A DNA stretch of 64,000 nt. Source: Bacteroidia bacterium. GTDB taxonomy: Bacteria; Bacteroidota; Bacteroidia; M30B66. The notes beneath the pieces are model-generated. The model worked only from the letters and a program-made list of their open reading frames with translations, made no database searches and was not told the DNA's origin. The stretch spans positions 1,312,001 through 1,376,000 of the forward strand of contig OZ257142.1 in NCBI GenBank assembly GCA_965279035.1, read 5' to 3'. Shown piece by piece: positions 30,759-40,800 of the stretch; position 1 is the first letter of the stretch; each line of letters starts with the position of its first letter. The translations under genes and the position numbers were made by a program.

Positions 30759-31043
30759 TCAATCTTCGATGTCTATATCGTCTGTGAAGCTGATATAATT
30801 TTGAATGGCTTTAACTTTCGGATTGGGATTGGGGAAATAATGAGCGGCATCTGACTGCCGTTTACCATTCACTTCAATATGATAATAATTGGCTGTTCCT
30901 TTAATTGGGCAAACGGAATGTCTTTCGCTTTCTATGAAATAATTCGGTTTAACTGCGGTATGAGGAAAGTATTGTTTGCCTTCTAAGTGGATTATACGAT
31001 CACTTTCTGCGATCACAATTCCTTTCCAAAGTGCTTTTGCCAT
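30759..31043 (-). CDS. DUF427 protein
   Basis: WKGIVIAES, EGKQYFP and CPIKGTANYY motifs; start at MAKA. Confidence 0.85.
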   Translation of the reverse strand: MAKALWKGIVIAESDRIIHLEGKQYFPHTAVKPNYFIESERHSVCPIKGTANYYHIEVNGKRQSDAAHYFPNPNPKVKAIQNYISFTDDIDIED

Positions 31044-31151
31044 AGCGGAGCTTTTTGATGACTCCACTAAAAGTATAGCAAAATATTCTGTTAATCAACT
31101 AAATACTGAAATAAAAAACTCAAAAAATGTTAAGACGGAAATGAAATATGC

Positions 31152-32546
31152 TCAATTCGTGGAACTAGATGGCGCATTAGGCTTTGGTCCTTTCCAGTTT
31201 CGACGCTTGTTTTTACCGTTTTGTTTTTTGGAAGGACTTGAACTTTCAGTTGTAGAATTTAATTCAGATTTCCCTTCGAATTTTTTAGCTGGTACGATTG
31301 GTCTGCTTTGAATTGGAACTGATGTTTCGGTTTTTTTTGAATGATGATTGGATTTTCCACCTTTCGATCTTCCGCCTTTCGGATTTTCCTTGTATTTCAA
31401 AGGTTCATAAAGTGGACCTTCTTCGAAATCGGCCGGTAAAGGATATTTATCGATCACTTTTTCAATCATATCTTCAATACGTTTGAATTTGCGTTGATCG
31501 GTTGGATTGACCAGTGTAACTGCTTCTCCCTTCGTTTCGGCTCTTGCTGTACGTCCAATGCGATGCACATAATCTTCTGGATCACCAGGGACATCATAAT
31601 TTACAACTAACTCAATTCCTTGTACATCTATTCCTCTTGAAACTACATCGGTAGCAACTAGGATTGTGACATTCTTATTCCGAAATCCGAGTAATACTTC
31701 TTCCCGTTGACTTTGATCCAAGTCTGAATGAATGGCTCCAACATTCAGCCCCATTTTGCGAAGTTCACGTTCAACTTCTTTCACTTTCTGTTTTGTACCA
31801 GCGAATAAAATGGCACTTTTCAAATTACGTCCTTGAAAGATATCCTTTAATAATAGGAGCTTTTGTGTATCGTAAACGAGATATGCACCTTGCTTAATTC
31901 CTTCGGCAGGTTTTGAAATGGAGATATTTATTTGAACTGGATCTTTCAACAGCTTGACCGCAAACTGCCGAATTTTACTAGGCATTGTAGCTGAGAAAAA
32001 GAGTGTTTGTCTTTCTTTAGGAAGAAATGTTAGAATACGTTGAATGTCTTCAATGAAGCCCATATCCAACATACGATCTACTTCGTCGAGCACTAAATGT
32101 TTGAGATGGCTCATATCAACATATCCCATATTTAAATGAGAAAGCAGTTTACCTGGAGTTGCAATCACAATGTCGGTTCCTTCGCGCAAAGCTCTTTTTT
32201 GAACTTCAAACTCTTTTCCATCTCCTCCTCCATAAACGGCAATGGAACTCACCGAAACAAAATAGGCGAAACCCTCGAGTTGTTGATCTATTTGTAATCC
32301 CAATTCCCGTGTTGGAACGATGATTAAGGTATCGATGTATCTTTTTTCCTTGTGTAGATTTGATTCAATGATGGGTAATAAAAATGCAGCAGTTTTTCCT
32401 GTGCCTGTTTGAGCACTAGCGATTAAATCTTTCCCCAACATGATTTCAGGAATCGCTTGATTTTGAACCGGTGTTGGTTCTTTGAAATTCATTGCATCAA
32501 GGCCATCAAGTAGCTCCTGTGAGAAGCCGAATGTTTCAAATCCCAT
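31152..32546 (-). CDS. DEAD/DEAH-box RNA helicase (RhlE-like, DEVD variant)
   Basis: Q motif, AQTGTGKT, PTREL, DEVD, SAT, RGID, HRIGRTAR; basic tail. Confidence 0.93.
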   Translation of the reverse strand: MGFETFGFSQELLDGLDAMNFKEPTPVQNQAIPEIMLGKDLIASAQTGTGKTAAFLLPIIESNLHKEKRYIDTLIIVPTRELGLQIDQQLEGFAYFVSVSSIAVYGGGDGKEFEVQKRALREGTDIVIATPGKLLSHLNMGYVDMSHLKHLVLDEVDRMLDMGFIEDIQRILTFLPKERQTLFFSATMPSKIRQFAVKLLKDPVQINISISKPAEGIKQGAYLVYDTQKLLLLKDIFQGRNLKSAILFAGTKQKVKEVERELRKMGLNVGAIHSDLDQSQREEVLLGFRNKNVTILVATDVVSRGIDVQGIELVVNYDVPGDPEDYVHRIGRTARAETKGEAVTLVNPTDQRKFKRIEDMIEKVIDKYPLPADFEEGPLYEPLKYKENPKGGRSKGGKSNHHSKKTETSVPIQSRPIVPAKKFEGKSELNSTTESSSPSKKQNGKNKRRNWKGPKPNAPSSSTN

Positions 32547-32556
32547 CGTTAGAGTT

Positions 32557-33987
32557 CTAATTGATAAGTGATGATTTATCTGGTTTACAAGGAAAATCAA
32601 ACAAGCAATTTTCTTTGATGATTTGCGCTACTTTTTCAGGAACATTTTTCTCCCATTCATTCGAGCCTGATTGAATTTGCTTTAATACATCATCTGCATT
32701 AATGTGTAATACATTCAGATCAGCATTTCGAACATCTTCCACTTTATTATTATCCTTCAAATACGTAAATAAACCAGCAAACTCAGGTGCGATTTTTAGA
32801 TTCTCGAGTGAAAGTAATTCATCTGACTCTTTTCGAAAAGCAGGATATACATAAGCTTTTACATTGGTTCCAAAGAGCATACTTAATACTTCCAAAATTC
32901 CACCTTGGATATTAGAGTATTGACTTGTGTCGAATATCCGTTCAATATTTCGAACACTTAGTACAAATCCCACCAATTGATTTCGTGTAGCTTTTGAAAG
33001 GTAGGGCACTAAATACCAATAATCTAAAAAATTGGTAATCATTACTGTGTGACCTAATGAACACAATATATTGGCTCTATCTAGAAAATCTTCATCATCT
33101 ATATTACCATTTGTGTCAATCAATGCATTTAATGAAAGCTCACTAAGGATGATGAATTGACTTGTTGAATCGATCTCTTCAACAAAATCGACGGTTGCTT
33201 TTGCAAGCATGTCTTCGTGAACGCGCGTAAACGGGCTAAAACGTCCTGACATTACCAACGCATTCTTTTTATAAAGCGCTTCTGAAGGTTGAAGTACCGA
33301 ACCATCAGTCCCTAACATGGCCGCTTTGGTCAAGCCATATTTCACCAGCTTCAAACTGAGTAATCGGTTATCAATATGGAGTAAATCTGGGCCGGTCATT
33401 CGAATCATGTCCACCTCTACAGTTCCATGTACAATGCCGTCGAGCAAGGAATTTACGAAATCGTCAGGAGCTTGATTTTGGAAAAAGCAGCCGTATAATA
33501 AATTAACTCCAATTTGACCTACAGCTCTTTGTTGCCAAGTGTTTTCATGGTCATGAAGTACAATATGAATAACACATTCGTTAGGCTCTGATTCAGGATG
33601 AAGTTGAAAACGAACACCAATCCACCCATGACCTTGATTGGTGCGATGAAAATTGGTGGTTTCGATGGTGTTTGCATAGGCAAAGAAGCAGGTTTTCTCT
33701 TCTCTGAAACCTAGTCGCTTACCGAGTAATCCGTATTCTTTATGAAGCATCTGCTGCAAGCGTTCTTCACACACATAGCGGTTAGTTTCACCGTAGATCG
33801 CATCGGAAAAACTCATGTCATAGGCCGACATTGTTTTAGCTACAGTGCCCGATGCACCACCAGCTCTGAAAAAATGAGCAGCGGTTTCTTGTCCAGCGCC
33901 TATTTCGGCAAAGGAGCCATACAGTTTGGAATCAAGATTAATTTTAAGAGCCTTTTCTTTAGCAGAAAGGCGGCGATTATCATTCAT
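32557..33987 (-). CDS. Conserved hypothetical protein with possible nucleotidyltransferase-like C-domain
   Basis: YGSFAEIGAGQE and GGASGTVAKTMSAYDM motifs; GRFSPFTRVH; no signal peptide. Confidence 0.7.
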   Translation of the reverse strand: MNDNRRLSAKEKALKINLDSKLYGSFAEIGAGQETAAHFFRAGGASGTVAKTMSAYDMSFSDAIYGETNRYVCEERLQQMLHKEYGLLGKRLGFREEKTCFFAYANTIETTNFHRTNQGHGWIGVRFQLHPESEPNECVIHIVLHDHENTWQQRAVGQIGVNLLYGCFFQNQAPDDFVNSLLDGIVHGTVEVDMIRMTGPDLLHIDNRLLSLKLVKYGLTKAAMLGTDGSVLQPSEALYKKNALVMSGRFSPFTRVHEDMLAKATVDFVEEIDSTSQFIILSELSLNALIDTNGNIDDEDFLDRANILCSLGHTVMITNFLDYWYLVPYLSKATRNQLVGFVLSVRNIERIFDTSQYSNIQGGILEVLSMLFGTNVKAYVYPAFRKESDELLSLENLKIAPEFAGLFTYLKDNNKVEDVRNADLNVLHINADDVLKQIQSGSNEWEKNVPEKVAQIIKENCLFDFPCKPDKSSLIN

Positions 33988-34123
33988 GCGCAGGAAATTC
34001 TCCTGAAAAATTCTCCGACAAAGTTAGACAAATAGGAGTAGGGTAGGATTAGAATAAATCAGACCAAGTAAAACGGAAAAATAATATGAATGTTTATAGA
34101 GAAATTCTAAAATGACAGGAAAT

Positions 34124-34153
34124 AAAAAACCCGACACTTGTTGTATCGGGTTT
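34124..34153 (-). terminator. Terminator of tRNA-Lys
   Basis: AAACCCGA/TCGGGTTT stem with U-tract on the minus strand. Confidence 0.75.
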
Positions 34154-34159
34154 AGGTTC

Positions 34160-34235
34160 TGGTGATTCAGCTGGGATTCGAACCCAGGACCACTACATTA
34201 AAAGTGTAATGCTCTACCAGCTGAGCTACTGAATC
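34160..34235 (-). tRNA. tRNA-Lys(UUU)
   Basis: GATTCAG/CTGAATC acceptor stem, AGCTCAGCTGGTAGAGC D-arm, anticodon loop CTTTTAA, GTTCGAATC T-loop, encoded CCA; TATATTTG promoter at 34278-34285. Confidence 0.97.
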
Positions 34236-34338
34236 TCCTGCTTTATGACGGAAGCATGCTTGCCGTGAAAGCGGGTGCAAATATAAGTCGATTTCGGATT
34301 GAGCAAAATAAAACCAAGTAAAATCAATAAAAATCCGC

Positions 34339-35556
34339 TTATTCATTTTTAGATAGCTCATTATCAATGCTATCGTCTGATTTATTTTTTCCGCCAAGTA
34401 TAGGATGTCGTTCAAAAGGGATGGAAGAATCGAAGAAAATACGATAAGTTACTAACGTTCGGTATAGAGAAGTGCCTAAATTTTCAATCACTCGAAGCAT
34501 TTTGGGATTGAAATCTCCAATCCAAGTCAGATTAGTTTCAGTATATCGTTTTTGTGGTACAATGTAATCGCCTGCATAGTTGATTAAAGCACCTTCAACA
34601 CCTCTACCTTGATGTTCTCTAGAAACACCAAAAACTATCCCGAGCATGGTTTTTCGTTTCTTGAATTTCAAATAATAGAGGAACTTGATTTTGCCCAACC
34701 AATTTAAATTCCCGTTCACATGGACAAAAAACTCATTAAGTTCTGGTATGTTGAGGTAGAATCCAATGGGCTTATCTTTTAAAAAGGCAAACAAGAGGAT
34801 GTCTTTGTCCATAATTACTTTCATCGAATTGATGATGGAACGAGCCTGCTCAATTCGCATATTCTTAAATCCTTCATGCCCACCCCATGCAGAATTATAC
34901 ACTTCTAGAAAATAATCAGCAATTTTAGAAAGAGGAACACCTTTCATATGCGTCACTCTGAAATCAGGATCGTGACTTAGAATATTTGCTTTTTTTACAA
35001 ATATTTCTTGTGCAGGTAGGGCAAGATCGCGCCAATATACAAATTGGTTGAAGTAATTTTTAAATCCATAATCTTCGAAAAATGCTTGATAATAGGGAGG
35101 ATTATAATTCATTCCATAGCTTGGACGTGCTTCGAAATTATGGACTAATAATCCCCAAAATTGATCGCGTTCTCCGAAATTAACAGGGCCATCCATTCCT
35201 TCCATTCCTCTTTCTTTTAGCCAATTTTCGCATGTTTTCAAGAGTAGATTTGCTGCTTCTTTGTTGTTTATACATTCAAAAAAGCCCATGCTGCCAACTT
35301 TGTATTTTCCAGCTTTGGATGTTTTAGGATGGATAAATGCCGCAACTCTTCCAATTAATTTTCCATCATCATTTTTTAAAATCCAACGTTGAAGTGTTCC
35401 GCCCTGTCGGAAAAGCTTATTTTTAGCCGGATTAAAAATTTTCTCAAGATCCTGACGTATTGGTGGAATGTAGTTGTTATCATCTTTATAAATGATGGAA
35501 GCGACTTTGTAAAACTGGTCGTTCGTTTTTTTATCGAGAACAGCGATGAGCTGCAT
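34339..35556 (-). CDS. GNAT-like conserved protein (YghO-like)
   Basis: GRVAAF, GFFEC, MNYNPPYY and GVSREHQGRGV motifs. Confidence 0.75.
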   Translation of the reverse strand: MQLIAVLDKKTNDQFYKVASIIYKDDNNYIPPIRQDLEKIFNPAKNKLFRQGGTLQRWILKNDDGKLIGRVAAFIHPKTSKAGKYKVGSMGFFECINNKEAANLLLKTCENWLKERGMEGMDGPVNFGERDQFWGLLVHNFEARPSYGMNYNPPYYQAFFEDYGFKNYFNQFVYWRDLALPAQEIFVKKANILSHDPDFRVTHMKGVPLSKIADYFLEVYNSAWGGHEGFKNMRIEQARSIINSMKVIMDKDILLFAFLKDKPIGFYLNIPELNEFFVHVNGNLNWLGKIKFLYYLKFKKRKTMLGIVFGVSREHQGRGVEGALINYAGDYIVPQKRYTETNLTWIGDFNPKMLRVIENLGTSLYRTLVTYRIFFDSSIPFERHPILGGKNKSDDSIDNELSKNE

Positions 35557-35593
35557 AGGCTTAGTCTATTTTTGTCAAAAATACAGGTTTAAG

Positions 35594-36418
35594 ATGAAGG
35601 CAGATGCCGTTGTCGTAATCACAGGTGCTTCATCCGGAATCGGAATGGAATGCGCACGCGAATTTTTCAGTCAGGGATGCCGTTTGGTATTGGCTGCACG
35701 AAATGAAAATGCATTAAAAATTCTTCAACACGAGTTGGATGAAAAAGGAAATCGGACAATCATTGTAAAAACGGATGTTACAAAAGAAGATTCTTGTAAG
35801 CATTTAATTGAGCAAGCTGTTTCTCATTTTGGAGGAATTGATATTTTAATTAATAATGCAGGAATAACGATGCGTGCATTATTTAATGATGTTGATTTAA
35901 GTGTGTTTCGTCAATTAATGGATGTGAATTTTTGGGGGATGGTATATTGTACAAAATACGCACTTCCACATTTATTAAAATCCAAAGGTTCAATTGTAGG
36001 AATGTCGTCTGTTGCAGGATACAAAGGACTTCCTACCCGAAGTGGGTATTCAGCGACAAAGTTTGCAATGGAAGGATTTTTAGAAACACTTCGTATCGAA
36101 AACAGAAGAACTGGTGTTCATGTTTTGATTGCACGTCCGGGTTTTGTTGCAACCAACATTCGAAATACAATGCTTTCTGCAAGCGGAACCGAACAGGGCA
36201 TATCGCATAAAGATGAAGCAAAATCGATGTCGGCAAGTGAAGTTGCGAAACGAATCTATATAGCTGTAAATAAAAGGAAGCCGTATATGATACTTTCATC
36301 TACTGCAATTCTATCATTTTGGCTAAATAAATTCTTTCCCACATTTGTAGATCGCCTTGTTTTTAGGCATGTTTTCAATGAAAAAGATTCTCCTCTAAAA
36401 AAATATTTTTCAGAATGA
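35594..36418 (+). CDS. SDR-family oxidoreductase
   Basis: TGASSGIG, NNAG and YSATK motifs. Confidence 0.92.
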   Translation: MKADAVVVITGASSGIGMECAREFFSQGCRLVLAARNENALKILQHELDEKGNRTIIVKTDVTKEDSCKHLIEQAVSHFGGIDILINNAGITMRALFNDVDLSVFRQLMDVNFWGMVYCTKYALPHLLKSKGSIVGMSSVAGYKGLPTRSGYSATKFAMEGFLETLRIENRRTGVHVLIARPGFVATNIRNTMLSASGTEQGISHKDEAKSMSASEVAKRIYIAVNKRKPYMILSSTAILSFWLNKFFPTFVDRLVFRHVFNEKDSPLKKYFSE

Positions 36419-36504
36419 AACCAATATTTAAAATTGAAGTATAAACCGACATACTTCTGGCAAGAGAAGTAATTAAATTATTCATGTTTATTGTGGTTTA
36501 TGTG

Positions 36505-36537
36505 AAAAAAAGAGCGGTTCTCCGCTCTTTTTTTTTT
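36505..36537. terminator. Intrinsic terminator
   Basis: AAAAAAAGAGCGG-ttct-CCGCTCTTTTTTT. Confidence 0.85.
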
Positions 36538-36615
36538 GAGGTCTAATCAGTTATTGAAGAATTATTGGATTCAATGAAAATTGAAATGAAGACTAATTAA
36601 TATTCAAATTAATTC

Positions 36616-37586
36616 TATTGAATTAGTCATTTAAGCAATAATCATTTTATAAGTATATGGTTCTGCTTTTACCATTCTCATCATTAGATTTTCGAAGATT
36701 CCTTCATTCATTTTATGCCTGTTAAATCGATATGTATACTCATCAATATAAGGCTGTAAATGTCTAACAGAATGATGGACACCTCTAAGCCAAGCTTTAA
36801 ACATCATTATTGTTCGATGGAGTTCTTTAAAATTCCTTCCTTTCTTCTCAGACTTTTCTTGAATTAGGTTCGGAAATTCAGACTCCAAGCCTTTATATCC
36901 AGCCCATTTATCAGTTCTAACATTCGCATTGGGAGCAATATGATCCCTCATAAATTCACTCAAATTCTTTCTGTTAGCTGTCGCCACAACTTTTCCATAG
37001 AATCTTGATACACCTCTTGATTTCTTTTCAATGGCTAGAACTACAACTTTTTTCTTTCCTTCATTTCTTCCAATGGATTTATCATCTTGTCCTCCAACAT
37101 ATGTTTCATCAACATCAACTTTCCCTTTCATTGGATTTTTCTTACTGCTTTTCATTGCATTCATAACCTTTTGTTTAAACAACCAACAAGTCTTCTGCCC
37201 CAAATCAAGCTTTCTACTTAGCTCAGTACTGCTTATTCCTTTCTTGCTAGTTGATACATAGAAAACAATATAAAAAGCCTTCAGAATTGAAAATTTACAT
37301 TTGTGAAACAGTGTTCCAGATGTTGGCGATTCTAAATGCCTGCAAACAGTGCATTGCCGCTCGTAAAGACTAACGCCTTTACAAAAGTTTTTGTTCTTAC
37401 ATCGTCGACAGGAATAACCATTTGACCATTTCAAATTTGCCAAATATGCGTAGCAACTTTCTTCATTTGGAAACTGAGCCTGAAAATCAAATAATGAAAG
37501 GCTTTTAAATTGTGCATTCATATTGTATCTTTTGATTGCCCTAAATTATTAAAGAAATCAATATTGACTAAACTACTAATTCAATA
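36616..37586 (-). mobile_element. IS1595-family insertion sequence (ends approximate)
   Basis: Imperfect TIR TATTGAATTAGTcaTTTA / TAAActACTAATTCAATA; ATTCTATT repeated at 36612 and 37587. Confidence 0.8.
36631..37521 (-). CDS. IS1595-family transposase
   Basis: Zn ribbon CxxC...CxxC; VDETY, RTD and YIDEYTYRFNR DDE motifs. Confidence 0.93.
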   Translation of the reverse strand: MNAQFKSLSLFDFQAQFPNEESCYAYLANLKWSNGYSCRRCKNKNFCKGVSLYERQCTVCRHLESPTSGTLFHKCKFSILKAFYIVFYVSTSKKGISSTELSRKLDLGQKTCWLFKQKVMNAMKSSKKNPMKGKVDVDETYVGGQDDKSIGRNEGKKKVVVLAIEKKSRGVSRFYGKVVATANRKNLSEFMRDHIAPNANVRTDKWAGYKGLESEFPNLIQEKSEKKGRNFKELHRTIMMFKAWLRGVHHSVRHLQPYIDEYTYRFNRHKMNEGIFENLMMRMVKAEPYTYKMIIA

Positions 37587-37832
37587 ATTCTATTTAGAAA
37601 ATGTGATCAAACACTCAAAATAAATTTATTCTTACACAAATAATTAGTGCTTATAATTCTTTAAAAAAATAGGAAAACATACTGGATAAAGGGGATTTGA
37701 ATTTAATCATGATCTCTATGTGGTGTTTCTCTTACATATGTAATTCACTTATGCCTTTCGGAAAACACAAACAAATAAGTCGAACGTACTTTGTACACGA
37801 GCCAGAAAATATTCTGTGCCCACTGATTCAAT

Positions 37833-40800
37833 GTGATGAAATGGCGTAAACTCATACTTCTTTTTCTTTATCTGGCTGTGAAAACGGTTCAGGCACAAGC
37901 GCCATCTTTAACAATTAATCCAACTGGAAATTTGTCGGTTTGTGCAGGAACAACAGTCAATGTTTCTGCTACTGTCAATAATGCATTTGCAGGGACAACC
38001 TCTTATGCTATTTCGAATATTACCTATTCACCTTATACTGTTTTAGCTGGTACTTCTTTGACAATGCCAGATGATACCGTGTTAGGTCCTTTTCCCATTG
38101 GATTTCAGTTTTGTTTTTTTGGAAATACCTATACCCAATTTTATGTTGGGTCGAACGGATGGGTTGGTTTTTCGCCAGGTCAAACCCGCGCTTTTACTGC
38201 GAACTCAATTCCGAATACAACCACGTTTGTCCCTCGAAATTGTATTATGGGTCCATGGATGGATTTTAATCCTGGAATTGCTGGCGGCCCATATATAAAA
38301 TATCAAACACAAGGAATTGCTCCATATCGAAGATTGGTTGTTCAATGGACTAATTGTCCTTTATATCAATGTATCGCTTCTAAAGCCACATTTCAAATTG
38401 TTTTGTTTGAAAGTACCAATGTGATCGAAAATTACATTGCTAACAAACCAGTTTGTGTAGTATGGGCTGGTGGTACAGCCACTCAAGGATTACATAATCA
38501 AGCAGGAACAACTGCTTTTGCTGTTACTGGAAGAAATGCTTCTGTATGGACGGCAACCAATGATGCCATCCGTTATCAACCAAGTGGACCGCCGAGTTAT
38601 ACTATTAACTGGACGTCCAATGGAATTCCAATAGGAACAGGTGCAAGTGCATCAACTGTTGTAAATGGTCCAGGAAATACACGAATTATTGGGCGAGTTA
38701 ATTTTCAGTGTAGTAATCTAATTGTATATGATACGTTGGATGTGAGTATTGGAGGAGCTGCAAGTGCAGCTTTTAGTGTTCCTACTGTTGTATGTGCAGG
38801 GCAAGCAGCCAATTTCACTTACACTGGTGGATCAACAGGCACTGGAGCTTGGACTTTTGCATCAGGAACTCCTGCAACTGCAAGTAGTACAGGTACTGTT
38901 TCTACTACTTGGGCAAGTCCCGGAACTTATAATGTTGGTTTAACAGTGACACCTTCTAGTGGTTTATGTTCACCCGGAAGTTTGACACAGGCTGTTACTG
39001 TTGTTTCACCACCAACATCAACATTTACTTTACCTGCAACAATTTGTACAGGAGCAAATGCAACAATTACTTATACAGGGACTGCACCTGCGGGATCAAC
39101 TTATACTTGGAATTTTGGAGCAAATGCAACTCCTGCAACTGCCACAGGTGTTGGTCCACATACCGTTGCATGGTCTGCAATCGGTTCTAAAACGGTCAGT
39201 TTAACTGTTGCTGGAGGAACTTGTACTTCAACAACAACCAATACAATAAGTGTTAATTCAGCTCCAACTTCAACATTTACTGTTGCTCCTACAACGGTTT
39301 GTGTTGGTGCGAATTCTACCATGACCTTTACTGGAACTGCTGCTGCAGGAGCAAGTTATGCTTGGAATTTTGGAGTAGGAGCAACACCTGCAACAGCTAA
39401 TACTGCTGGTCCTCACACAGTTTCTTGGTCAAGTTCTGGAACGAAAACAATAACACTATCAGTTACTGCTGGAGGTTGTACTTCAGCAGTGACTTCACAT
39501 ACAGTCACCGTAAACCCAGTTCCAACAGCAACTTTTACGATGCCCGCAACAGTATGTGTTGGTAGCAATGCAAGTATCTCCTATACAGGAAATGGCTTGG
39601 CTCCTCCATCAGCAAGTTATTCTTGGAATATTGGCGGAGGTGGTCCTGCTCCAGGAAATGTTCAAGGTCCTTTTGGAGTAAGTTGGGCAAGTTCAGGAAC
39701 AAAAACAGTTTCATTAACTGTTGCACAAGCTGGATGTACTTCCAGCCCTGTTTCACAAACTATTAATGTTGTTGCCTTACCTACAGTATCTATTTCAGCA
39801 TCAGCCGCTTCAACTTGTGTTGGTCAAGCACTTTCTTTTTCAACAACAGGAGCAGCTCAACCTTCAGGAACAACATATAGTTGGAATTTTGGAGCTGGTG
39901 CTAGTCCAACAACATCGACAAGTGCTGGACCTGTTTCAGTAACATGGTCAGTGATATCCTCTCCAACAGCAACACTTACAGTTAGTTCAGGAGGATGTAC
40001 ATCAAGTCCTGCAAGTGCTTCTGTTTCGATTGTAGCACCACCTGTTTCAACTATTAGTGCTCCAGCTACAGGATGCATTGGAGTTCCTGTTTCTATTAGT
40101 GCACCTGGACCTTTTGCTAGCGGCACAACCTTTAACTGGAATTTTGGAACTGGTGTAGTTATCAGTGGCTCAGGAGCTGGACCTTATATAGTACAATGGG
40201 CAACATCGGGCTTTAAGCCGGTATCGCTTACTGTAACATCAGGAGCATGTTCTTCTTCTTCGAATGTTTCTGTTGATATTCGATCGGCAAGTACAGCTTC
40301 ATTTACAGTGCCTTCTACAATTTGCGCTGGACAAGCTTCTACCGTCACATTTAGCGGATCGGCAAGTGGAACAGCTACCTATTTATGGAACTTTGGAGTA
40401 GGTGCAACACCTGCTACTGCCAATACGGCTGGACCTCATTCTGTTACTTGGTCAAGTGCTGGATCAAAAACGATTAGTTTGACTTTAACAGATGGGACGT
40501 GTACCATTCCTGTTTCAACTCAAACAGTAACGGTAAATCCTGTTTATACATCTACATTTTCATTGCCTGCAACAGCTTGTACTGGAACTTCAGGAACCAT
40601 AAATTATACTGGAAATGCACCTGTCGGAGCAAGTTATTCTTGGAATTTTGGAATTGGTGCTACACCTGCAACTGCAAGCACAGTAGGTCCACATTCAGTT
40701 TCATGGACTGGTGCTGGATCCAAAACAGTTTCGCTCACTGTTACTTCTGCTGGTTGTAGTTCAACAACATCACAAAACTTAAGTGTTTCTCTAACTCCAA

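Noticed and set aside
34167-34415. 82-aa ORF
   Set aside because: Overlaps tRNA-Lys and its promoter; spurious.
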